NCBI RefSeq assembly: GCF_009831105.1
Contig: NZ_WUUQ01000002.1
Span: 390,001 to 422,000, forward strand
Reading direction: 5' to 3'
Source: Copranaerobaculum intestinale
GTDB taxonomy: Bacteria > Bacillota_I > Bacilli_A > Erysipelotrichales > Erysipelotrichaceae
Length of the DNA: 32,000 nt
Below, piece by piece: positions 15,379-24,499 of the stretch. Each line of letters begins with the position of its first letter. The stretch's first letter is position 1. The translations under genes and the position numbers were made by a program. The notes below the pieces were generated by a model. It was not told the DNA's origin, made no database searches, and saw only the letters and a list, made by a program, of their open reading frames with translations.

Positions 15379-17103
15379 ATGCTGAAACGAATGTTTCCGT
15401 ATATGAAAAAATATCAGAAATATTTACTGTTCAGTTGTATATGTGTCGTAGCTGAAACAATTTTTGAATTGATCATACCGTTGATCATGGCAGATATCAT
15501 TGATGTAGGGGTTGCAAACCGCGATCAGCACTATATTTTGATCAAAGGGCTGCAAATGATTGTGTGTGCAATTTTATCGCTGATATTGGGAATGATGTAT
15601 GCACGTTATGCGGCAACGGCAGGTCAGGGATTCGGTGCAGAGCTGCGTAAGGATGAATTTCGTAAGGTACAGAATTTTTCTTTCGCAAATACCGATCATT
15701 TTTCAACTTCATCCTTGATTACCCGTTTAACCAGCGATGTCACCATTCTGCAGACGGCCATCAGCAACGGTATCCGTCCGCTGGTACGCTCTCCGGTTAT
15801 GCTGGTAACCGCCTTGATTTTATCCTTTACTATCAATGCAGAGCTGGCGGTTGTATTCTTGATTGCGATACCGGTGCTGGGGGCTGCTCTGTTTATTATC
15901 GTACGCCGCGTCGGTCCGCTTTACCGGAGTATGCAGAAAGCGATTGATTATGTCAACTCGATCATCCAGGAAACGCTGAACGCGATCCGTGTCGTAAAAT
16001 CGTATGTGCGGGGTGAATATGAAAAAGAAAAGTTTGAAGGTGTGAATGATCAGCTGAAACAGACCTCTGAACGGGCTTTTCGTACTTCGGCACTCAATAT
16101 GCCGCTGTTTCAGTTGGTAATGTATACAACGATCATCTGTATCATTTGGTTCGGGGGAAATCTGATTTTTGTCGGCACGATGAAGGTCGGTGAACTGACA
16201 GGTTTTCTGAGCTATGTCATGCAAATACTGAATTCTTTGATGATGATTTCCAATGTGTTTTTAATGCTGACCCGCTCACTTGCCAGCTGCTCTCGTATTA
16301 TCGAGGTGCTGGATGAGGTGCCGGACATCGATGATTCAAAATCGCAGGCTTTGGAAGTGACTCAAGGAACGATCGATTTTAAACATGTTTTCTTTAAATA
16401 TAAAGCGAATGCCGAGGAAGAGGTACTGACTGATATCAATTTGCATATTCCGGGCGGTTCGACGCTGGGCATTCTGGGCGGTACCGGCGCCGCAAAAACA
16501 ACCCTGGTACAGCTGATTCCCCGATTATACGATGTCAGTGCCGGCGAAGTGCTGATTGACGGTCATAATGTCAAACAGTATCCGATCAAACATCTGCGTG
16601 ATGCAATCGGCATGGTGCTCCAAAAGAACATCTTGTTCAGTGGCACGATCAAAGAAAATTTGCTGTGGGGTGATGAGCATGCTAGCGATGAGGATATCAA
16701 ATGGGCATGTAACATAGCTGCTGTGGATGAATTTATAGGCAGCTTTCCTGAGGGCTATGATACTGATCTTGGGCAGGGCGGCGTCAATGTGTCGGGAGGA
16801 CAGAAACAGCGCTTATGCATCGCGCGAGCCTTATTGAAGCGTCCAAAGGTTTTGATTTTTGATGATTCCACGAGTGCCGTTGATACCGCTACGGAAGCGT
16901 CGATTCGTGAAGGACTAGCAGGTCTTAATGATACCACCAAAATCATTATCGCTCAGCGGGTGACTTCCTTGATGCATGCCGATCAAATTGTAATTCTTGA
17001 CGATGGCAATATCCATGCCATAGGCACTCATGAATCACTGCTTCGTGATGATCCGATCTATCAGGATATTTATTATTCGCAGCAGGAAGGAGCTGGTTTG
17101 TAA
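15379..17103 (+). CDS. ABC exporter half-transporter (TMD-NBD), degenerate-site subunit of a heterodimer
   Basis: 574 aa with 6 TM helices plus an NBD. Walker A is GGTGAAKTT (non-canonical). The signature VSGGQKQR is canonical. Walker B is VLIFDD, so Asp replaces the catalytic Glu. The switch is IIAQR, so Gln replaces His. Confidence 0.9.
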   Translation: MLKRMFPYMKKYQKYLLFSCICVVAETIFELIIPLIMADIIDVGVANRDQHYILIKGLQMIVCAILSLILGMMYARYAATAGQGFGAELRKDEFRKVQNFSFANTDHFSTSSLITRLTSDVTILQTAISNGIRPLVRSPVMLVTALILSFTINAELAVVFLIAIPVLGAALFIIVRRVGPLYRSMQKAIDYVNSIIQETLNAIRVVKSYVRGEYEKEKFEGVNDQLKQTSERAFRTSALNMPLFQLVMYTTIICIIWFGGNLIFVGTMKVGELTGFLSYVMQILNSLMMISNVFLMLTRSLASCSRIIEVLDEVPDIDDSKSQALEVTQGTIDFKHVFFKYKANAEEEVLTDINLHIPGGSTLGILGGTGAAKTTLVQLIPRLYDVSAGEVLIDGHNVKQYPIKHLRDAIGMVLQKNILFSGTIKENLLWGDEHASDEDIKWACNIAAVDEFIGSFPEGYDTDLGQGGVNVSGGQKQRLCIARALLKRPKVLIFDDSTSAVDTATEASIREGLAGLNDTTKIIIAQRVTSLMHADQIVILDDGNIHAIGTHESLLRDDPIYQDIYYSQQEGAGL

Positions 17104-18965
17104 TGGCGGCACGGCAGATTACCGGTAAAAAACCGAAGAATATGAAAAAAACCCTTTCCGCTTTTTTCTCCTATCTGGGCCGGCATAAGATAGCATTATC
17201 CTTAGTAGCGGTTATGGTAGTAATCAGTGCCGGAGCGAATCTGTGGGGCACTTACATGCTGAAACCGATTGTAAATCAATATATCATTCCCCATGATGTA
17301 ACCGGCTTGATCCAAGCGGTTATCTGGATGGCGGTGGTTTATGGTATCGGGGTATTGTGTTCGCTTTTATACAATCAACTGATGGTTCACGTAGCGCAGA
17401 CGATTACCAAAGAGATACGAAAAGATCTATTCGATCATATGCAGACGCTGCCGATTCGATATTTTGATTCGCACACTCACGGGGATGTGATGAGTCATTT
17501 TACCAATGACCTGGATACGATTCAGGACGCTTTAAACAACAGCTTTGCACCGCTGATTCAAAGTACCATAATGATCACCGGTACGATTATCATTATTTTC
17601 TCCTTTAACTGGCAGCTTTCCTGTATCGTCATGATCGCATTTCTGGCGATGTACCTGTTTATCCAATACAGCGGAAAAAAGTCTAAATATTATTTTAATC
17701 ATCAGCAGGCGGCAATGGGCAAGCTGAATGGTTTTATCGAAGAAATGGTGGAGGGTGTCAAGGTTGTAAAAGTATTCAATCATGAATTACAAAATTTTGA
17801 TGAGTTTGAAGTACGCAATGAACGGCTTCGCATGGCAGCTACTTCGGCCCTTACCTATTCCGGCCGAACAATTCCCGTAGTAGTCAGCATTTCATATTTT
17901 AACTATGCGCTTGTCGCTTGTATCGGCGGCTTCTTTGCGATCGGCGGTTTGATTGACTTAGGAAGCTTAGCCAGCTATCTGGTATTTGTCCGTCAGACGG
18001 CAATGCCGATCAACTCCTTTACCCAGCAGCTTAATTTTGTTTTGGCGGCGATGGCGGGGGCTGAGCGTATCTTTGAAATGATGGAAGAAATACCGGAAGT
18101 GGATGATGGATTGGTCACTTTGACCCGCGTTCATGAACATCCTGATGGTACAATGGAAGCATGTGAGGAATATACGGGCAAATGGGCGTGGAAGCACCCA
18201 CATCCCGATGGCAGTATCGAACTGGTGCGGCTGTGCGGGGATGTGCGATTTGAAAATGTCAATTTTGGTTATGAAAGCAATCATCCCATTTTAAAGAATA
18301 TCAATTTATATGCAAAACCAGGTCAAAAGATTGCCTTTGTCGGGGCGACCGGTGCGGGGAAGACAACGATTACCAATTTGATCAATCGTTTCTATGATAT
18401 AAGCAGCGGAACCATTACCTATGACGGCATAGATGTTAAGCTGATTAAAAAGGATGATCTGCGGCGATCGTTATCCGTAGTGCTTCAGGATACGCATCTG
18501 TTTACCGGTACGATTGCCGATAATATTCGCTATGGCAATCTGCATGCCAGTATGGAAGATGTGGTGGAAGCAGCCAAGCTGGCGAACGCCCATTCCTTTA
18601 TCAAAAGACTACCGGACGGCTATGATACCATGCTGAGCGGAGATGGCGCTAATCTTTCTCAGGGACAGCGGCAGCTTTTGGCTATCGCGAGAGCGGCCAT
18701 TGCCAAACCGCCGGTTCTGATTCTGGATGAAGCAACCTCATCGGTGGATATCAGAACCGAGAAATTAATTGAAAAGGGTATGGATTCATTAATGGAGAAT
18801 CGGACGGTATTTGTTATCGCGCATCGCTTGTCCACGGTACGCAATGCCAAAGCAATCATGGTGCTCGATCATGGCAAAATAATCGAACGCGGCGATCATG
18901 AGGAACTGCTGAAGCAAAAAGGACGCTACTATCAGCTCTATACCGGTCAATTTGAACTGGATTAA
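17103..18965 (+). CDS. ABC exporter half-transporter (TMD-NBD), consensus-site subunit of a heterodimer
   Basis: 620 aa. The ATG overlaps the upstream stop (TAATG). Walker A GATGAGKTT, Walker B VLILDEATS and switch IAHRL are canonical. The signature is LSQGQRQ (non-canonical). Confidence 0.9.
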   Translation: MAARQITGKKPKNMKKTLSAFFSYLGRHKIALSLVAVMVVISAGANLWGTYMLKPIVNQYIIPHDVTGLIQAVIWMAVVYGIGVLCSLLYNQLMVHVAQTITKEIRKDLFDHMQTLPIRYFDSHTHGDVMSHFTNDLDTIQDALNNSFAPLIQSTIMITGTIIIIFSFNWQLSCIVMIAFLAMYLFIQYSGKKSKYYFNHQQAAMGKLNGFIEEMVEGVKVVKVFNHELQNFDEFEVRNERLRMAATSALTYSGRTIPVVVSISYFNYALVACIGGFFAIGGLIDLGSLASYLVFVRQTAMPINSFTQQLNFVLAAMAGAERIFEMMEEIPEVDDGLVTLTRVHEHPDGTMEACEEYTGKWAWKHPHPDGSIELVRLCGDVRFENVNFGYESNHPILKNINLYAKPGQKIAFVGATGAGKTTITNLINRFYDISSGTITYDGIDVKLIKKDDLRRSLSVVLQDTHLFTGTIADNIRYGNLHASMEDVVEAAKLANAHSFIKRLPDGYDTMLSGDGANLSQGQRQLLAIARAAIAKPPVLILDEATSSVDIRTEKLIEKGMDSLMENRTVFVIAHRLSTVRNAKAIMVLDHGKIIERGDHEELLKQKGRYYQLYTGQFELD

Positions 18966-18986
18966 GAATCCGATTCGTTAATATTG

Positions 18987-19028
18987 GATCGTTTGACAAA
19001 CATAAACTCGTCAAGCGGTCTTTTTTTA
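18987..19028 (+). terminator. Rho-independent terminator after the ABC exporter operon
   Basis: Stem GATCGTTTGAC / GTCAAGCGGTC (11 bp including 2 G-U pairs) with a 12-nt loop, then TTTTTTT. Confidence 0.7.
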
Positions 19029-19230
19029 TTACAAGGAATCACGAATAAGAGATTTTTGGAATGAAAGCACTATATATTCTTTTGTAGTTTCAATGCCACA
19101 TTTTTCATATAAATTTCAAGCTTTATTTTATAGCTTTACATCCACGCTTTGATACAACGTATATCGTCTTTTTTTATGTTGGGAAACATATGCTTAGTTA
19201 GCAGGACTATGAAAGCATGAGGTGATATCT

Positions 19231-20160
19231 GTGACTGCCGTTCTCAATATTTTGAATCTACATAAGAATTATGGGAATCAGGAGGTTTTAAAAGGGATTG
19301 ATGTAACGTTGGAAGCAGGAAAGATGCTGGCATTGTTAGGACCCAACGGAGCAGGGAAATCGACAACGATCGATGTGATCAGCACGTTAAGCAGCTTTTC
19401 ATCCGGTACGGTTCAGGTATGCGGATTTGAACGCCCTTTTCAGGATGGTGAAATCCGTGTTCGCTTAGGTATTGTTTTTCAAAACAGCGTGCTCGATGAA
19501 CGGCTCAGCATCAAAGAAAATTTATCGATTCGCTCTTCGCTGTATACATCGGTAAAACGAAAAAGCAAGATTCAAGAATTTGTGAGGCTTTGCGGTTTAC
19601 AGGAACAGTTGAATCAGCCGGTTGGCACATTGTCTGGCGGTGAACGGCGCAAAGCCGACATTGCCCGAGCGCTGTTAGCATCACCGCAGCTGCTGATACT
19701 GGATGAACCGACGACAGGGCTTGATCCGCAGGCTCGCCGTCAGATATGGCAGCTGATCAAGGAGCTTCGGGATAAACAGAATTTGAGTATCCTGCTTACA
19801 ACGCATTATATTGAGGAAGCAGAGCATGCAGATGATCTGGCAATCATCAGTCAAGGAAAAATTCGCATGCATACCACACCAGAGCACCTTAAGGCAATTT
19901 CGAAACGCAATCGACTGTTGCTGTATCCGCATGATACATCCTCTCTGTGCCGAAAACTGAATATTCAGCGTATTTCCTATACGATGGGCAAGGAGCAGCT
20001 CATCGTCCCATTACAAAACAGCTTTCAGGCGCTAACCATTATTCAGGCAGTGAGACCCTATTTGATCAATTTTGAAGTTCGGGAAGGAACTTTGGAGGAA
20101 GCTTACCTAGATGTGTTAGGAGGTGAAGAATATGCCGTTTCTCACACTGATCAAACGTAA
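19231..20160 (+). CDS. ABC-2-type transporter ATP-binding protein (DrrA-like)
   Basis: Walker A GPNGAGKST, signature LSGGERRK, Walker B LLILDEPTTGLD, and a C-terminal accessory domain. The start is uncertain. GTG 19231 has GAGG about 8 nt upstream, while the ORF-track GTG 19222 lies inside that SD. Confidence 0.85.
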   Translation: MTAVLNILNLHKNYGNQEVLKGIDVTLEAGKMLALLGPNGAGKSTTIDVISTLSSFSSGTVQVCGFERPFQDGEIRVRLGIVFQNSVLDERLSIKENLSIRSSLYTSVKRKSKIQEFVRLCGLQEQLNQPVGTLSGGERRKADIARALLASPQLLILDEPTTGLDPQARRQIWQLIKELRDKQNLSILLTTHYIEEAEHADDLAIISQGKIRMHTTPEHLKAISKRNRLLLYPHDTSSLCRKLNIQRISYTMGKEQLIVPLQNSFQALTIIQAVRPYLINFEVREGTLEEAYLDVLGGEEYAVSHTDQT

Positions 20161-21004
20161 TTTACTGCTGTTTTTTAAGGATAAATCTGCGGTTTTCTTT
20201 TCGCTGATGGCGGTCTTTGTCGTACTCGGCTTATATATTTGTTTTCTTGGTGATTTGATGATTACCCCGCTTGAGGATTCGCTGGGGAAGGGGGCAAGGG
20301 AATTATCGGATAATTGGATCATGGCCGGAACCTTAGGCACGGTTGCTTTAACGACCACGATGAGTGCGCTTGGTCTCATGATCGAGGATCGCAGTAAATC
20401 TATCGTACGTGATTTTTATGTGTCAGCCTTGAAGCCGTTACAGATTCAGGCTGCTTATTTGGTTTCTGCTTTCTGTATCACGATGATCATCGGAGCGATT
20501 ACGCTGTTGCTGGGGCAATTTTATATCGTATATTACGGCGGAGAATGGATTACCGTGAAAGCGCTGTTAAGAGTGCTTGGTGTTTTTGCTTTGGATACGC
20601 TGACCTGCGGTGCCTGCTTGGTATTTATCATGTCCTTTTTCCGTTCTGCATCTTCTTTTTCCAATGCGACGACAATTGTCGGCACACTGTCCGGTTTTCT
20701 GATGGGCATTTATATCCCGGTGGGGGCGCTTCCGCAAATGCTTCAGACGATTATAAAATGCTTTCCGCCAACCCATGGCGCGGCACTCATGCGGCAGTTC
20801 ATGATGGATGATACGATAAAACGCGTTTTCAGCGGAGCGCCCCAAGCAGCTATTACCAGCTTTCAAAATCAGTTTGGCCTGCGCTTTTCCTTTTTTGACC
20901 GTGCTTATTCAGTATCAGACAGTTTGATAATCCTATTGGCAGCCTTCCTGCTTTTTGTGAGCTTCCTGTTTTTGCGCGCTCGCTGCCGAAAAAATTACCA
21001 TTAG
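20132..21004 (+). CDS. ABC-2-type transporter permease
   Basis: About 290 aa with 6 predicted TM helices. ATG 20132 lies 8 nt after AGGAGG (20118-20123) and overlaps the ATPase gene by 29 nt. The ORF-track GTG 20123 sits at the 3' edge of that SD, with no SD of its own upstream. Confidence 0.8.
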   Translation: MPFLTLIKRNLLLFFKDKSAVFFSLMAVFVVLGLYICFLGDLMITPLEDSLGKGARELSDNWIMAGTLGTVALTTTMSALGLMIEDRSKSIVRDFYVSALKPLQIQAAYLVSAFCITMIIGAITLLLGQFYIVYYGGEWITVKALLRVLGVFALDTLTCGACLVFIMSFFRSASSFSNATTIVGTLSGFLMGIYIPVGALPQMLQTIIKCFPPTHGAALMRQFMMDDTIKRVFSGAPQAAITSFQNQFGLRFSFFDRAYSVSDSLIILLAAFLLFVSFLFLRARCRKNYH

Positions 21005-21075
21005 ACAATCCGTTCATGAAACATTGTATATTCTGCACAATTCATTTGTTCCTTGGTAAAAAGCCGTATTTGCGG

Positions 21076-21104
21076 TTGGAAAATCAAGGATGTTCTTGTA
21101 TAAT
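21076..21104 (+). promoter_or_regulatory. Sigma-A-type promoter for ppdK
   Basis: TTGGAA (21076-21081), a 17-nt spacer, then TATAAT (21099-21104). Confidence 0.55.
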
Positions 21105-21140
21105 AGGTGTAAGCGATTACATGAAAATGGAGGAGTTGCA

Positions 21141-23774
21141 ATGGATAAGAAGTATTTGTATTTATTCTCAGAAGGCAATGGCAAGATGCGTGAATTGCTG
21201 GGCGGAAAAGGTGCGAACTTGGCTGAGATGATGAATCTTGGAATGCCGGTTCCATATGGCTTTACGGTTACGACGGAAGCCTGCAACAAGTATTATGACG
21301 ATGGAGAGCGACTGAGCGATGAAATGGTGGAAGAAATCTTTGTCTACCTGAATAAGCTTGAGGAGCTTTCACAGAAAAAATTTGGGGATCCGAAAAACCC
21401 GCTGCTGGTATCAGTGCGCTCCGGTGCACGTGCCTCAATGCCGGGCATGATGGATACCATTTTAAATTTAGGACTGAATGATGAAGTGGTAGAAGGCGTT
21501 GCGGCATTAACCAATAATCCGCGTTTCGCTTATGACTCCTACCGCCGTTTTGTACAGATGTTCGCCGATGTCGTAATGGGACTGCCAAAGAGTAAGTTCG
21601 AAGAAATCATTGACGAATTCAAGGAAAAGAAACACGTTGAAATGGATACCGAGCTCGATGAGCAGGATATGCGTGAGATGACAGTTGCTTTTAAGAAATT
21701 TTATAAAGACTCACTGAAAGAAGATTTCCCGACAGATCCAAAAGAACAGCTGATCCGTGCCGTAGAAGCGGTATTCCGTTCTTGGAATAATCCGCGGGCA
21801 GATTACTACCGCAAGATGAACGATATTCCATCCAGCTGGGGAACAGCTGTCAATGTACAGATGATGGTCTTCGGCAATATGGGAAATGACTGTGGTACCG
21901 GGGTTGCCTTTACTCGCAATCCGAGTACCGGAGAAAGAAAGCTGTACGGCGAATTTTTGATGAACGCGCAGGGAGAAGATGTCGTAGCCGGCATTCGTAC
22001 ACCGCAGACGATCGATCATCTGAATGAGATTGCGCCGGAAGCATTCAAACAGTTCCAGGATATTTGCGGAAAACTGGAAGCACACTATAAAGATATGCAG
22101 GATATGGAATTTACGATTGAAAAAGGTAAGCTGTTCATGCTGCAGACGCGTAACGGTAAACGCACCGCTACGGCAGCGCTGAAGGTTGCCTGTGATCTGG
22201 TTGATGAAGGCATGATCTCGAAAGACGATGCATTGATGATGGTTGATCCAAAACAACTGGATTCCTTACTGCATCCGCAGTTTGATCCAAACGCGCTGAA
22301 AGCCGCTGAACCGATTGCGAAGGGTCTGCCTGCTTCTCCGGGAGCGGCCTGCGGTAAGATCGTGTTCTCCGCAGAACAGGCGATTGAAGAAGCACAGCTT
22401 GGTCATAAAGTAATTTTGGTTCGTCTGGAAACATCTCCGGAAGATATCGAGGGTATGCATGTATCACAGGGTATTCTTACGGTACGAGGCGGTATGACAT
22501 CTCACGCCGCAGTTGTTGCCCGCGGCATGGGTTCCTGCTGTGTATCCGGCTGCGGTGAAATTCAAATTGATGAAGCTGCCCAGGTGATTACCGTAAAAGG
22601 CAAGAAGTATACGGCTGATGACTACCTTTCACTAGATGGTTCTACCGGTAATATTTACGGCTGTAAGATCGAGACCATTCCGGCATCCATTTCCGGTGAT
22701 TTTGAACGCTTCATGAAATGGGCTGATGAAAAACGCCGCTTGGGTATCCGAACCAATGCCGATACGCCAAAAGACGCGGCTCTGGCTCTGTCGTTCGGTG
22801 CGGAAGGTATCGGTTTGGTACGTACTGAGCATATGTTCTTTGAAGGTGATCGAATCAAGGCAATGCGTGAAATGATCGTTTCAAAAACCAGCGATCAGCG
22901 TAAAAAAGCACTGTCCAAGATTTTGCCGATGCAGCAGGGTGACTTTGAAGGTATCTATGAAGCAATGCAGGGTCATCCGGTGACCATCCGTTATCTGGAT
23001 CCGCCGCTGCATGAGTTCCTTCCGACTTCATCTTATGACATTGCCAATCTTGCAAAAGATATGAATATTAACCTGGATGATCTGAAAGCAGTTATCAGTT
23101 CACTCCATGAATTCAATCCGATGATGGGTCATCGCGGCTGCCGACTTGCCGTTTCTTATCCGGAAATTGCAGAGATGCAGACAACCGCTGTTATCCAGGC
23201 AGCTCTGGCAGTTAATAAAAAACATCCTGAATGGAAGATTGTTCCGGAAATCATGATTCCTTTAGTTGGTGAAAAGAATGAACTGAAATATGTAAAAGAC
23301 ATCGTTGTTCGCGTTGCGGATGAAATCATCGCGAAAGCAGGATCAGATATGAAATACATGGTTGGCACCATGATTGAAATTCCGCGTGCTGCGCTGCTGG
23401 CAAATGAAATTGCTGAAGAAGCAGAGTTCTTCTCCTTCGGTACCAATGATCTGACGCAGATGACCTTCGGCTTCTCTCGTGATGACGCTGGTGGTTTTCT
23501 CTCACATTACTATGACAAGAAAATTTATGAACAGGATCCATTCGCTCGTGTAGATCAGAAGGGTGTTGGTAAACTGATCGATATGGCGGTAACCTTAGGC
23601 CGTAAGCAGCGCCCGGATATCCATCTCGGCGTCTGCGGTGAGCATGGCGGAGAACCAAGTTCTATTGATTTCTTCCATCGTGTTGGTCTGGATTATGTAT
23701 CCTGCAGTCCATACCGTGTACCGATTGCCCGCTTAGCTGCTGCACAAGCTGCGGTCAAGGAAAGCAGAAAATAG
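21141..23774 (+). CDS. ppdK: Pyruvate, phosphate dikinase
   Basis: 877 aa from ATG 21141 (MDKKYLYLFSEGNGKMRELLGGKGANLAEM) with GGAGG 7 nt upstream. Has the phospho-His swivel motif GGMTSHAAVVARG and the C-terminal PEP-utilising TIM-barrel motifs (GLVRTEHMF, FFSFGTNDLTQ, GVCGEHGG). Confidence 0.96.
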   Translation: MDKKYLYLFSEGNGKMRELLGGKGANLAEMMNLGMPVPYGFTVTTEACNKYYDDGERLSDEMVEEIFVYLNKLEELSQKKFGDPKNPLLVSVRSGARASMPGMMDTILNLGLNDEVVEGVAALTNNPRFAYDSYRRFVQMFADVVMGLPKSKFEEIIDEFKEKKHVEMDTELDEQDMREMTVAFKKFYKDSLKEDFPTDPKEQLIRAVEAVFRSWNNPRADYYRKMNDIPSSWGTAVNVQMMVFGNMGNDCGTGVAFTRNPSTGERKLYGEFLMNAQGEDVVAGIRTPQTIDHLNEIAPEAFKQFQDICGKLEAHYKDMQDMEFTIEKGKLFMLQTRNGKRTATAALKVACDLVDEGMISKDDALMMVDPKQLDSLLHPQFDPNALKAAEPIAKGLPASPGAACGKIVFSAEQAIEEAQLGHKVILVRLETSPEDIEGMHVSQGILTVRGGMTSHAAVVARGMGSCCVSGCGEIQIDEAAQVITVKGKKYTADDYLSLDGSTGNIYGCKIETIPASISGDFERFMKWADEKRRLGIRTNADTPKDAALALSFGAEGIGLVRTEHMFFEGDRIKAMREMIVSKTSDQRKKALSKILPMQQGDFEGIYEAMQGHPVTIRYLDPPLHEFLPTSSYDIANLAKDMNINLDDLKAVISSLHEFNPMMGHRGCRLAVSYPEIAEMQTTAVIQAALAVNKKHPEWKIVPEIMIPLVGEKNELKYVKDIVVRVADEIIAKAGSDMKYMVGTMIEIPRAALLANEIAEEAEFFSFGTNDLTQMTFGFSRDDAGGFLSHYYDKKIYEQDPFARVDQKGVGKLIDMAVTLGRKQRPDIHLGVCGEHGGEPSSIDFFHRVGLDYVSCSPYRVPIARLAAAQAAVKESRK

Positions 23775-23821
23775 ACTATTTCTGAAAAGGTACTAAAAAG
23801 TGTAATATAAAAGATTTTTTG

Positions 23822-23854
23822 GAGGTGTGATGTAAAATCACATCTCTTTTTTTA
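23822..23854 (+). terminator. Rho-independent terminator after ppdK
   Basis: Stem GAGGTGTGAT / ATCACATCTC with loop GTAAA, then TTTTTTT. Confidence 0.8.
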
Positions 23855-24277
23855 TTTCCGTTTTGAATTTTGCAATTATACATGTAGTTGGTGTGAATAA
23901 TAAGTATTCAAAGAATAATCAATCGGGTAATAACATGATTCATCATAAAACAATGTTGAATAGTAAAACCTGAAAGGAATACACATTCAAATGAGCAGTG
24001 ATTAAAAACTGTTCTATAAATAAAAAAGCAGCAGAATATCGCTGCCTGCATGATTGTGTTTCACTGCCTTTTAAGAGATATTGCTGATAAAGTCATATAA
24101 AGCATTCTCCATATACATACGGACTTGAGTCAAGAATAGGATTATTATCAACAGAAGCCGGCAAATGTATTAAAGATACGTAAAATTAATAAGCATTCTC
24201 CGAGCAAGACATTAACTTTAATTTAACATTGATATGATATGATGAAGCAGCTAATCAAAATGGAAAGGATTGTTGAA

Positions 24278-24481
24278 ATGAAATTATTAAAAGTATGCTT
24301 AGCGATTATTTGTATGCTTGGCTTATTAGCAGGATGTAATGATCAATCATCAAGCAATTCATCACAAAAGCTGCCTCCCAACAGTAACTCAGAAAATTCA
24401 TCAAGCAAAAGCCGCAACAACAGTGAAGAATTAGGGCCAGGGGCAGATGTAGAACAAACGATGCCTGATGTTGTTAAATAG
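24278..24481 (+). CDS. Very small lipoprotein (67-aa precursor, 48-aa Ser/Asn-rich mature part)
   Basis: MKLLKVCLAIICMLGLLAG|C has a lipobox LAGC. AAAGGA lies about 8 nt upstream of ATG 24278. The gene is 18 nt upstream of the first permease gene. The ORF-track start at 24239 adds 13 residues with no SD. Confidence 0.6.
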   Translation: MKLLKVCLAIICMLGLLAGCNDQSSSNSSQKLPPNSNSENSSSKSRNNSEELGPGADVEQTMPDVVK

Positions 24482-24499
24482 GATGAAAGGAGTATTTAT

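Noticed and set aside
21090-21140. Upstream extension of ppdK (MFLYNRCKRLHENGGVA...)
   Set aside because: It starts 8 nt after the predicted -10 box (TATAAT 21099-21104, so the start precedes the likely transcription start) and runs through the SD. ATG 21141 follows GGAGG and gives the canonical PPDK N-terminus.
21711-22256. 181-aa minus-strand ORF inside ppdK, plus other ORFs antisense to ppdK
   Set aside because: These are shadow ORFs opposite a well-supported enzyme gene, with no independent evidence.
24239-24277. Upstream extension of the mini-lipoprotein (MMKQLIKMERIVE...)
   Set aside because: A charged 13-residue extension before the signal peptide is atypical and has no SD. ATG 24278 has AAAGGA upstream and gives a standard n-h-c lipoprotein signal.
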